Assembly (NCBI GenBank): GCA_951406725.2
Contig: OX597815.1
Coordinates: forward strand, 26,102,001 to 26,166,000
Reading direction: 5' to 3'
Source of the DNA: Octopus vulgaris
Taxonomy: Eukaryota
Length of the DNA stretch: 64,000 bases
In this document: positions 26,700-39,626 of the stretch, one piece after another
Position numbering within the stretch: the first letter of the stretch is position 1
Layout of the letters: every line of letters begins with the position of its first letter
Program-made: the position numbers and the translations under genes
The notes under the pieces: generated by a model
Databases searched by the model: none
Told to the model about the DNA's origin: nothing
Seen by the model: the letters and a program-made list of their open reading frames with translations, nothing else

Positions 26700-27840
26700 T
26701 GACTTGCATTTTCTTTAATTAACAAACTTTCTTTATTAACTCTTGTTAGCTCTGGAGTATTGTCTGCACATTGATAGCGTGGAAAGACAAAAAGTTTTGG
26801 AGAATGATTTTCACGCACGTATCCAAATGTTCACTAACCGGAATTTATCTAGTTTTGGGACCACAAATTTGTTGACGATGAATATTTAATGTCCTTCTTA
26901 TTGTGAATTTAGTATGTCCAATGTAGTTTTCTCTGCATCGATTGCATATGATGGTGTATATAAAATTTTTTGAAGATGCAGAATGGTTTTTCACAGTTAA
27001 ATCTTGTCCTGATTTATAAATTTATAAGTTGTGTCCTCAATAAGGTTCTAACAAGTTCCACGATTGGGTCGACCACACCTTTTAACTGTTAGAGTTAAGT
27101 CCGTTGTTGGTAGTTTCATGTTGGTGAGTAATTTTTTCAGGGACTTTGGTTTCCTTTTGCATTCGATTATGTTGTATGGTTCAAGAGTCTTTTTTATTCT
27201 TTGGACTCGACTCAATAACAGTATATTCTGATGGATAATGCTGAAGGTCTCCGTTTCTTGGGTTGTGTGTTGTAGTAAAACATAAAGTGTTTTGGTGTAT
27301 CTAAATTGTTGACTTTTGCTTTTGGATTTGGTTTGCAAGATTCTTTATATGAGTTCGTGTGTTGAAGCATATTCTGTTGTGTCTGGGGAGAGTCATTTTC
27401 TTTTTTTGCCTTATTATTTAACACACTCACCGGTAAAATTTCCACTTTTTTCTTTATAAAAATAAGAAAAAAGTGGAAATTTTTTTCTTATTTTTTTTTT
27501 CTTATTTTTTATTTTATTTTTATTTCTATTTTTATTTTTATAAAAATAAGAAAAAAGTAGAAATTTTACCGGTGAGTGTGTTAAATAATGAGGCACAAAA
27601 AGAAAATGACTCTCCCCAGACACAACTGAATTGTTGTTGGCTTTTAATAATTCTTCAATGTATATTACTTTGGCGCGTTCTATCCCATACTCTAATGGAG
27701 TAGAAGAGTACTTTCTATCAATTAGTGTCCGTTTTAATTCAAATTACTTTAATTCTGAACATCTTTATTGAAGATGATTGTCGGATTCTTCTAGCTATGT
27801 TAAATGGAATATTGGGTTTGGGATTTCTGGGATATATATA
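26700..27840 (-). pseudogene. Penelope-like element relic (RT thumb plus GIY-YIG endonuclease), frameshifted and interrupted
   Basis: NIPFNIARRI...ELKRTLIDRKY...GIERAK; KRKPKSLKKLLT...CGRPNRGTC; NFIYTIICNRCRENYIGHT...HRQQI...PVSEH. Confidence 0.85.
27315..27627. mobile_element. Fold-back element F1 inserted in the Penelope relic
   Basis: Same arms as the 11000 copy; aattgttg at 27304-27311 and 27629-27636 is a possible TSD. Confidence 0.8.
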
Positions 27841-27954
27841 AAATTTTGCTGCTCTCAGCCTTCCGAAGTCGATTGAATAAAGTACTAGTCAAGCTCTGGG
27901 GTAGATTTAATTGAGTAGCCCCCAGTTCCCCAAAGTTCAGGTTTTGTGTCTACA

Positions 27955-28139
27955 GCAGAATAGTTAGCACGCCGGCATTTTGTCCGTCTTTACGTTATGA
28001 GTTCAAATTTCGCCGAGGCTGACTTTGCCTTTCATCCTTTCGGGGTCGATACTATAAAAACCAGTTGAGCACTGGGGTCGATATAATGAATCTACCCCCT
28101 TCTCCCGAAATTGCTCGCTTTGTGCAAAAAAATTGAAAC

Positions 28140-28140
<1 letters not shown>
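27955..28140 (+). mobile_element. SINE-A
   Basis: gttagcacgccgg...gagttcaaattt...gactttgcctttcatcctttcggggtcgat. Confidence 0.8.
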
Positions 28141-28495
<355 letters not shown>

Positions 28496-29017
28496 ATGAC
28501 ATTGATATTAATAGCGACAGCCTTGCACATGTGATGACTGTAGATCGAAGATGAGGGTGTATAGTCTCCCAACATGAATTCGACTGTTATAGTTGAGCTA
28601 TGATATGGGCAACGTTTCTATTCGACATGACACCAAACCGTGCAACCAACACACTTTTATATTGTAAAACATTAAATAATATAAACTATTGGTGCTTGAA
28701 GACGAAAAGCGTTTTATGAGCCTCATTTGGTTTTCAAATTAGCTGGAAACAGACTCGACAGCCTTTGTCTTACGGAAATACGCCTTTGTTCACCACGCTC
28801 ATCATTGTACAGTTTACGGCTACAACCAACGGTTCAAGTGCGGCTGGACCACGCTGCGGCCGTGCTAACGGATAAAGAAGCGGCGTCAGTCACGTTTTGT
28901 GTTAAAATTGTACACGTGAACTGGTGATTATTGAGGATGATGATGACGGCGACGACGATGATAATCATAATAATATTAATGGAGTAATGTAAACTAATGA
29001 ATAAAATGATACACAAT

Positions 29018-29116
<99 letters not shown>

Positions 29117-30141
29117 GGAAGAGAGGCAAGGAATGAAAATTAAAGCAGAAGGATTATACAACCAGACAGAAAAATAGATTAGGCAGACAGACATGCAGAA
29201 AGATAGAGAAACTGAAATAAAAGAAATTCAGAAAACAGGGATAGAATGAAAGAAAAGAAAAATAACAAAGAAAAGATGACACGATAAAAGTAAATGAAAT
29301 GAATGGAGAATGAAAGAATAATGGTAAAGATGGAAATATAAAAAGGATGGAGAAAAATCTATTCAGACGCAAACAGGTGATTGAAATGTAGTTTTTATGA
29401 AAGAGAGAAGGAAAGAAAGAAATAGAAGGGAAAGGGGGAAAAGGAAAGAATGTAGAAAACAGAATGAGTAAGAAGAAGGAAGGAATGTATTTGAAGGAAT
29501 TTGGAGTGGAATATATAAATGGTTACAGATAGATAAATAAATAGATAGGTAGATAGATAGACAGACAGATAGATAGATAAGTAGAGAGAGATGGAGGGAG
29601 ATAGGAAAGGAGATAGAAAATAGGGGACAGAGAAGGGGAGTGATAGGGGCAGAGAGAGGTAGAGAGATAGTAAAACTATAGATGGAAGGAAAGATAGAAA
29701 GGAAGTTAGATGGAGACGAAGAAAGAAAGGTCAATACAAAGGAAGGCGAGAGCGATGGAAGAAGGAAATGAAGAAGAATGAGTGAAACTAAATACATAAA
29801 TGAATGTGAAGGAAAGATGTAGCACAAAACGAAGAAAATTTGAATACAGATGTTAATTGATGAGACAGCAAAAAAGAATCAATAGTCAAAATGAAAAAAG
29901 AAAGAAAACAAAGAATAATACATTTGCGTATGTGTATGTGTGTGTGCTTCTGTATCAATATATGCATACATACATACATACATACATACATACATACATA
30001 CATACATACATACATAAATACATACATACATACATACATACATAATACATACATACATACATACATACATACATAAATACATACATACATACATACATAC
30101 ATACATACATACATACATACATACATACATACATACATACA

Positions 30142-30172
<31 letters not shown>

Positions 30173-30249
30173 GTACATACATACATAAATACATACATAC
30201 ATGCACACATACATACAAGAACTCACAGTATGGTGGAAGCTATAGCCAG

Positions 30250-31218
30250 TCATAATAAAAAGGAGTACTGGTGGAATATGTCTCAGACCGTGATGGTAGT
30301 ATTAAAATTAACTGAAGAATAGCCTGGAAAATTGTCAAGAAACTGGTTCCACCGCTGATCGACCATAATGTGACCGAAAGAGAAGTGTGCGGACTCCTCG
30401 GCTTATCAAAAGTACCAGAGAAAAGATACCGCGAAATCCTTGTCGTTCCGTCAGAAAATACTGGATGCCACAGCAGAAATCAGCCGAACGTCGATGTATT
30501 GAGTGCTAAGGATCCTAAAGATCCTAAGAAGGATCTCAGAACCCACCCCTAAAAGATGATCCACCGTCATGAGCTCACACAAGTTTATAAGACCATGAGA
30601 CCGGAAAGAAGCCGTCTTATCCTGCGTCAGATTTCTGAAGGCATGCTGCCCAACAAGGTGTTCACTGATTATAAGAAATTTGACATCAACGTCAAAACTC
30701 AGTCAGTTATGGTTTGGGCAGCTCGTTTTTGTGATACATTAGCGACATTATGGAAGCTGAACTGCTTCCATAAGCAAATGAGCACTTTAAAGGCGCACCT
30801 TGGAGCCTCCAACAGGACACCGCACCATCCCACAGCTTCAAACAGACACATCACTGGATTCAGAAAAACATTCCGTTGTTCTTAGCCAAGGATGTATAGC
30901 CCTCAAAAAGCCCCGATCTCAACCCGTTGGATTTTTTTGTTTGGTCCATTTTGGAGACGCTCTCGACGCTCTGAATGCAAAACTGCACCGGAAATGGAAT
31001 TCGATTCCGCAAGAGCTTTTGCGTGCCGCGTGTAAAGCATTCACACCTAGACTTAAGGCTGTGGTTCGAAACAAATGTAGTCATATTGAAAAGATGTGGT
31101 AGTGTCATTATTATGTTTCCTTTACCATTGCATTTCAACACTCGAACCCGAAATATAACAATATTTTGCTTTGGTAAAATTGAAAAAATTTGACTGCCTT
31201 TATTTTTGGGACATCCTA
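30250..31218 (+). mobile_element. Decayed Tc1/mariner-superfamily transposon (maT/DD37D-like)
   Basis: VFTDYKKF, SVMVWAA, QQD.APSH, SPDLNPLDF, RLKAVVRNKCSHIE motifs spread over several frames; TIR-like end gggacatcct-ata. Confidence 0.8.
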
Positions 31219-31639
31219 TATAATCCTTTAATGGACACTATAAAGATAAGAGCTGCTAACAGATTCTTGTTAAGAAGACATGGGGCTAGGCAGGTTTCTG
31301 TAACGTACCTTGTGTCTCCAGCCGATTTTTAAGCTCTGAGCATATGGTTTGTTCATTTTGAAAATCAGGGCGCTGGTACATGGGGAGCTATATGAAAAAA
31401 AAAAGCGAGAACAAAAGAGAAGGTTGAAACAAAAAATGGAAGGGTAAATAAAAACAGAATTAGAAAACCATATATCTATTTAAAAACATGAATATACTAC
31501 TACATATTCGAACGCACCCTCGCCCTCTCCTCCTTTCTTAATTCCTCTAGAGTATCTCTTACTCAACTGAGTCCAAAACCCTTTGTCCACTTTTTCCTTT
31601 CTTCTAAACTGCTTTTCTTCTTTTCACTCCTCTGATTTT

Positions 31640-31672
31640 TTCTCTGATGAAGGCCTAAGGCTGAAACGTAAC
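31640..31672 (+). ncRNA. Minimal Penelope-type hammerhead core
   Basis: CTGATGA-a-ggcc-taa-ggct-GAAAC-GTA; helix I poorly paired. Confidence 0.55.
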
Positions 31673-32641
31673 TACACTTTTTCTTCGTTAGTTTAAGAGT
31701 TAAACTAATAAATATTTGTTAAAATTAGTCACTCCTATGATGTTTTTTTCTTTTTGATTTTTTTTTATTGCGTTTACAATATATATTTTTAAATGGAATA
31801 TTATACTTCTGGTTGCCAGGGAAGTACGCTAATCAGTTTGCACAAAAACACCATCAAGCAGTGCAAGAACGCAAACCGGTTGGCAGAGACGAACGTATGT
31901 TATAAAAAACTTAACAATACAACTTGCTTCTCTCTGTTTCTTATTAGTATACATACATACATACAAACATACATACATACATACATACATACATACATAC
32001 ATACATACATACATACGTGTGTGTATCTACAAATAATATCAAATATAATATATATGCATATATATATATGTGTGCGTGTGTGTGTGTACATACATACATG
32101 CATATATGAAGCGGTATATGTCTCTCAACTAAATAACCTAGATGATAATTGATGAAAAGGCAGTGTAAAAGAAAAAAAGAAATACCAACGCATTTTCATT
32201 GATAAACAAAAGAACTGTATACAAATACAAAGCAAAAAATTGATTTAATATAGACATGAAAAACGAAAAATTGTATTAAATACAAACAGGAAAACAATTA
32301 GGCGTTGAAGTCTATTTGTAACTATAATTCTTATACAATAAACTACAAGCAAACCAAGACACAACAGTCCTGAAACTAGATGTTGGGACTGTAGTTTCCT
32401 TTTATGTCTCCTTAACAGTTCAAATGTTTCGTGCTATTTTTTTTCCTTTCGTCTCAGTCGCTTAAAGTCTTTCAACATGATTAAATGGCCGCTTTGTTTT
32501 TGTAACATTTATAGAACTTTCATTTGTAGTTTGTGTGCGTATACGTGTGTACTGGCATATAGGTGCGTGTCTACGCATTCATGTAAGCATACGTATATAT
32601 AAATATATGTGTGTATGCATATGACTGTATAAATACATAAA

Positions 32642-32688
<47 letters not shown>

Positions 32689-33367
32689 TATGTGTGTATG
32701 TGCACACACATTCAGTATGTGTGTGTATACATGTGTGAGTATTGTGTATGTGTGTATATATATGTGTGTGTATGTATGTGTATATTGAGTATGTGTGTGT
32801 GTGCACATACACACAAACTAAATACACAAATAACTACTAATTGTAAAAATAATATTAAACTATACATATATAATTCACAAGTGCACGTAGACCAGCTAGA
32901 AGCCAAACAATAACGTATTTGATCATTTTCAATACATTTTGTGGGATACGATAAGCTGGAGCTTTTCATCGTCGGAAGACTTCTCATCCCTTTAAAATGA
33001 TGTGTGTTCATAATGCACGCAGTTCACCGGAGTATGAGGATTTTGAGGCAGCGGCGTTTCGACCTTATTGTGTGACTCCTCATTCAAAGCTATCCCAACG
33101 GACCGATAAATCTAACAGGACCACAGATTCTTGTTTACAGGAATTTTAATCGGGGGGGCCGTTCTGCGATGATGATGAACAACGGGGATCGTTTATTCAT
33201 GTTCATACTGGATGCATCTCATGAATTGCTATCTATTTGGCAGACATCATTTGGCATCAGTAAATAATATATCTGCTGATTTCTAAGTTACGGGGACGTA
33301 AACACACCAACATCGGTTGTCAAGCAATCGTGGGGAACAGAAATAGACACACAGACACACAATGATA

Positions 33368-33400
<33 letters not shown>

Positions 33401-33403
<3 letters not shown>

Positions 33404-34983
33404 TTTGTTTACCTAGGATGCACACTGCCAAGAGATGGTAGTCTTCATGCAGAGATATACTGTCGAATAGGGAAGGGAAGTGTTGCACTTGGAAAGCTCG
33501 AAAAGCGAGTATGGGCGAAAAGGGGTATTTCGAATCAGATAAAAATCAGTGTCTATAAAGCGTGTGTGTTGTCTATACTTCTATATTCAAGTGAGACATA
33601 AACCACTTACAAGCGTCACATAAAAATGCTGGAGAGATTTCATCAGAAGTGCCTCAGACGTATCTTAGGAGTCAAGTGAGAATGTTTCATACCAGATACA
33701 GAGATTTTGCGCATGGTACTTTGCAGCTCAATTGAACAACATGTTATCTTGGCTCAAATGAGATGAACTGGACAGGTTATTAGAATGAAAGACGAGCGTT
33801 TGCCAAAGCGTCTTTTTTATGGTGAGCTCAAGTTTGGTAAGCGGCCACAACATAAGTCGAGGAAACGGTATAAGGACTGTGTGAAAGAAAACCTGAAGAA
33901 ACAAGATATGAACAAAAGTGATTGGGGAAAATAATGCTCTAGATCGGAACAAGTGGAGCAGTGCTGTTAGGACTGGTTGTAATGCCTGGGAGGAAAAGAT
34001 GACTCAGCACGCTGAACCTAAAAGGACCTATCGCAAAGGAACAATTGGAACTGTAATCAACAGCGAGCATTGGATATCTATATATATAAAACTGTAGTTG
34101 TGTGAGTGTCTGTCCCCTTCGATTTAGATTCCTAACTCCTCCCACATTTTGCGGTGCAGTTTAACCAAATTCGGGTATCTTATAGTCGTGATTAATATCG
34201 AGCCCGTCTGGCTATTAGCGCGCGTCTACGATGAGTCTACGATTTTAAAAATAATTTAACATCATTTTTTATTCCATTTTAATGCATAATTTTTCGTGTG
34301 TCGATGGCGGCGGAGTTGGCGTCCACGCTCAAACACCTGCACCTGTGTTTGCTTCTCCCCCTTCTTCCCTCCCTCGTGAAGCTGTGGGGAAGGGAGTTTA
34401 AGGAAATCAACGTCGTAAAGCGTTGTCAAGGAGACCAGCGTTCTTTTAGAACAACGACTTCATGGCTTGAAGACACCAAAACAGAAATGGCTAAGAAAGC
34501 CCGAATTGGCATCTATAAGGGAAGTAACTCTCTAAAAATGCTTATATAGTTATTTCCCTTACAAACCCGAGCAACGCCGGGCGATACTGCTAGTGTATTA
34601 TATGTGACCGTGTTCTGTGACCAAAAGCAGGATACGTGAACCATATGAAATCACATGAAAATCGTAATGCCCAGATAGGTAAATTCTCACATCAACCACC
34701 TCTTAAGACTTGTGTCATATTTCAAAAAACTTGTAAGACAATATCTGGACTTAAAAGACATACGCTAGTTCACAAAAACATTCCTTCAGAATCAGATTAT
34801 AAAGGGCAAAGATATAACAGAAACTTGAATAATATCTGTCACTTGTGTTTTAAACCCTGTCAGTCAGTAGTTGATCTTAAAAGTCATCTAAGGGCTCATA
34901 AAGGGAGTGATTGTACTGTGTGATGGGATGTGATGTGTGTGTGTGTGTTGATGGGACGACTATCATCTCTCAAGATGAAGTAA
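33401..34983 (+). mobile_element. Decayed RTE-clade LINE with three C2H2 fingers, split by a Helitron
   Basis: FVYLGCTL...KISVYKACVLSILLYSSET*, RLPKRLFYGEL; fingers CIICDR...NHMKSH, CVIFQK...KRHTLVH, CHLCFK...KSHLRAH; multiple stops. Confidence 0.88.
34077..34593 (+). mobile_element. Helitron H1 (long subfamily) inserted at A|T without TSD
   Basis: tggata|TC...CTAG|tgtatt; removing it restores the W-I-C-I-I-C reading frame. Confidence 0.92.
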
Positions 34984-34998
34984 TATATATATATATAT

Positions 34999-35098
<100 letters not shown>

Positions 35099-35115
35099 GT
35101 ATGTATGTATGCACA

Positions 35116-35475
35116 GGCGCAGGAGTGGTTGTATGGTAAGTAGCTTATTTACCAACCAAATGGTTCCGGGTTCATTCCCACTGCGTGGCACCTTGGACAA
35201 AGGTCTTCTACTATAGCCTCGAGCCGACCAAAGCCTTATGAGTGGATTTGGTAGACGGAAACTGAAAGAAGCCCGTCGTATATATGTATATACATCGCTT
35301 GACAACCGATGCTGGTGTGTTTACGTCCCTGTAACTTAGCAGTTCGGCGAAAGAGACCGGTAGAATAAGTACTAGGCTTTCAAAAAATAAGTCCTGGGGT
35401 CGATTTGCTCGACTAAATGCGGTGCTCCAGCATAGCCGCAGTCAAATGCCTGAAACAAATAAAAGTAAAAGTAAG
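35116..35475 (+). mobile_element. SINE-B, full length
   Basis: ggcgcaggagtggttgtatggtaag through ctgaaacaaataaaag. Confidence 0.88.
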
Positions 35476-35790
35476 AAAAAATAAATTGATGCCACGAAGA
35501 AAAGAAATATAGGCACCCAGCGATACAGAGATGAATCGGGCTGGTTTTGCTGGCAGAAATGACAAATGATTGATTCCAAACATGTGGCACCGAAGTAGTG
35601 GGTGTGAGGAAAATAAGGAGGAATTGCAAAAGGAAGGTAACAAGTACGTTTATTTCACAAAAGGAGGAATATTGATGAGTGTGTTCTAGCTTAGAATGTG
35701 AAGTAGTAAAATGACTTGGACTGAAGAATGATAAAGTCAATAAGGAAATCAAGAATTATCGATCAGGGAATTAAGACAAAAGAGCTAAGA

Positions 35791-35854
<64 letters not shown>

Positions 35855-36044
35855 TTCAGATTGATATTTAATTGGAACAAGTGTTCAAGGGAAAGAGCGG
35901 GCACAGAGTGATGGAGAAAAGGGTAAAGAGATGGTATGCGTGTGTGTTTGCAGAGCGGGGTGCGTGCGTGTATCTGCATGTCAAGGAAAGAAAAAAAATG
36001 TTAGAATAGCTACCGTTGTGGTGGTAGAGTGGGTGAAGAAGCAA

Positions 36045-36133
36045 TTGATGATGACGACGATGATGATGATATTGATGATGATGACGATGATGATGATGAT
36101 GATGATGATGACGACGACGACGACGACGATGAC

Positions 36134-36189
<56 letters not shown>

Positions 36190-36214
36190 CGACGACGAAG
36201 ACGACGACGACGAA

Positions 36215-36246
<32 letters not shown>

Positions 36247-36662
36247 TGATGATGATGATGATCATGACGATGATCATGACGATGATCATGATGATGATCA
36301 TGATCATGATGATGACGATGATGATCATGATGATGAAGGGGTAGGGTGAAGATGATAATGATGATAATTTTGATGATGGGAAGATGAAGAAGAGGGAGAA
36401 GAAGAAGAAGAAGAAGAAGAAGAAGAAGAAGAAGAAGAAGAAGAAGAAGAAGAAGAAGAAGAAGAAGAAGGAGAAGAAGAAGAGGAAGAAGAAGAAGATT
36501 ACGATGATGAAATAAGGAGCAAAGCAGTCAAAAGGGAGAAAGAAAGGAAAAGACAAAACAGTGAAGTAACAAATAGGCAATTGTAATACTGCAAATGATG
36601 CTGTTGGTGACGGTGCTGGTGCTGGTGCTGGTGATGATGCTGGTAGCAGCAGCAGCAGTACC

Positions 36663-36700
<38 letters not shown>

Positions 36701-37790
36701 CTGTAGTAGCAAAAGCAGCAGCAGCAGTGTTATCTGATGGAAGCGAACACAATAGTAGAACAAAAGTTCGGTCATTTGACCGTCAATAATGAAAGTAGGT
36801 GAGAGATGCATAGAAATGTTTGATTGGTGGTGTAGTTGCGAGGCAACTCTAGATCTGCAGCTGTTCGCTGGTCTTCTGTTAGCATGCTAATGATTCGTAA
36901 ACCCCTCTTCAAATTTCCACTTCCATTATATACTCATTAAAATAGTTTTTAACGAGCCATGTAATGATGCTTGCGGCTATGCTTGTTTGTTGCTGAGGTC
37001 TCCGTTAGGGTAGTTGATATTATTGTCGCGGTTGATTTCTAATTGTTATATTTGTGCGCCATTAAGCGTTTGTGACTGTTGTTGTTGTTGTTGTTGTTGT
37101 AATTGGAGTTGTGGTTTGTATTTCTCTGCTGTTGTTGTTCCTTCCTGATGGTGATGATGATGATGATGATGATGATGATAATGATGATGATGATGACGAT
37201 GATGGTGGTGGTGGTGGTGGTGGCGGTGGCGCTGTTGCTGTTAGTCTGAGAGTGGTTGCTTCCATTGTTGATGTTCTTATTGCTGCAGCTTTGCTGCTGT
37301 TGTTGTTGTTGTTGTTGTTGTGTTGATGGTGTCGGTGATATAATGGTGACGGTAATGATGGTGACGACAACGATGATGATGATGATGATGATGATGATGA
37401 AGAGGAGGAAGAGGATCGTCTGATAATAGTACGTGTTACCGATGTTGAATGTTGCCGTTGGCTTTTTCTTGGTTAATGATACCACGTCTACTACCACTAC
37501 TACCACTACTGCTGATGCGGCTACTACTAGTAGTAGTAGTAGTAGTAACAGTAGCAGCAGCAGCAGCAATAGTAGTAGTTGTAGTAGTAGTAGTAGTACT
37601 TTCTTACATTAACACAATACCGACGGCTGATGGTACATTACAAACACAAATTGCAAAATGGAGAAGTTACACCATTAACAGCATTCTCAACATCAACAAT
37701 AACAAGAACACTATTATTAATGATGACGACGACGACGACGAGGAGGAGGAGGAGGAGGATGGGGGAGGAGGAAGAGGAGGAGGAGGATCG
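36045..37790. repeat. Mosaic of trinucleotide microsatellites (GAT, GAC, GAA, TAG, GCA, TTG, GGT, GGA)
   Basis: Seen directly; source of the homopolymer ORFs. Confidence 0.9.
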
Positions 37791-38355
37791 AGTGTGAAAA
37801 CGCTAATTGCGAGAAGGCAGAATTCAATTGACTTATAAATTCAAATGCCGAAAAACTTGAAAGACAGAATACTCAGAACATAGGGAATACAGTCTTAAAG
37901 GGGAACTTATTCTAACATATTAATTTTTTTTCATCTTACTTTAGAATAACATAGAGTAACAAAAAACAAACGAGATGCAGTTGACATATTTACTGACAAA
38001 AAGGGAAAACTGTAATTAATAAATTGCATTACAGGGTGACGGTATCAAAATAATTGCGACAAGTAAAGCAATTTATGCATTGAATACTTCGGTCCCTTAA
38101 ATTCTCACACTATCAAAATATTTTCTTCTTTTCTTTTAGCACAAGGAAAGGCAAGGGAAGATAACCAAGTGTATGTACCTATCAAAGTTGAACTTGTTTA
38201 TCTTCTAGCATGTGTATATGAAAACAATATGAAAACAAAAGAAAATATTCAAATATTCAATGAGTTAATTCAAAGAATGATAAATTGTTTTATAGTTTTT
38301 CGACTGTCTTTGATATCGTATTCAAACGATTCATTATTATCATTATCATTATTAA

Positions 38356-38484
<129 letters not shown>

Positions 38485-38495
38485 GACTACTACTA

Positions 38496-38540
<45 letters not shown>

Positions 38541-38541
<1 letters not shown>

Positions 38542-38985
38542 GAGTGAGAGAGCAGCGCATGCCATCAAAGTGACACTGCAGTACAAATATACGAAGCCCA
38601 TCATGACTACCCGTCTGATAAGGGTACACCAGGCACATGTATCACAACCATATGTGCGCGACATGGTGATCTCATATCAAGATAAACAGCGCATGACCTT
38701 GCAGGTGGGGCCCAGTTAGAATTTTCTTCTGGTCGAGTAACCTATCCCGCTCAAAAGATTCCTGAATAAGGTTTGTTTAAGGATGGTGAATAATTCAAAC
38801 CCCAAGGCATTCTTCCCAACAAATGGCTATGATGCTCCCCCACTACTTCTGCTCGTGATCAGAGATGCACATATCGTCAGCCACTAAGGAACATGCTCAA
38901 CTGGTTAAGCAACTGACAAGCAAATCTGTGGGACTGAGCAGAATATTTGCTGTAGCACATCTTTTATACCAAGACAAAACAATAT
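38541..38985 (-). mobile_element. LINE 3' end, same family as 3702-4208
   Basis: Reverse-complement match with an internal deletion; abuts (ATT)n. Confidence 0.75.
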
Positions 38986-39520
38986 TCACGCAATATCTCG
39001 CATCTTTATTATTGTGATATAGCATAGTAAAAAATGTTATAATATATTTTCAAATATATTCTGCTTGGAGCATAGAACTACATGTTTTTAAGTCCATTTT
39101 CTCTGATTTTTACCTTAAGTAGTTATACTAATGTAGCATGATAAAAAAGGGAAAATAAACTTAGTTTCTCAAATTACCGTTTTAAAAACTCGTTTTTCTT
39201 CTGAAAAAGCTATTCTGATGAAGCACAATAAAAGTACGTTACAATATGTTTCTCCAATAAAACTATTTTTAAAACTGCCAATTTTCATATTTTCCCCTAA
39301 AACATATAAAAACTCGATGTTCTAAGTTAAGTATTCGGTTATTCAAGCTTTCGGATTTTTAATTTTTGGATCATTTGAATTCAGCATTTTTACGTTCAGC
39401 CTTCTCAACCTTTTCGAGTTCGATTTTATGGCTCAGACCAATCTACCCACCATTATACATACACGCATGCAAACATACATACAAACATGCATACGCACAT
39501 ACATACATGCATACACACAC

Positions 39521-39626
<106 letters not shown>

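Noticed and set aside
33050-33262. Minus-strand CTGATG...GAAAC as another hammerhead
   Set aside because: The core reads CUGAUGC, the spacing is about 190 nt and no helices close.
35981-36811. 276-aa low-complexity ORF
   Set aside because: Chain of trinucleotide repeats open in several frames on both strands.
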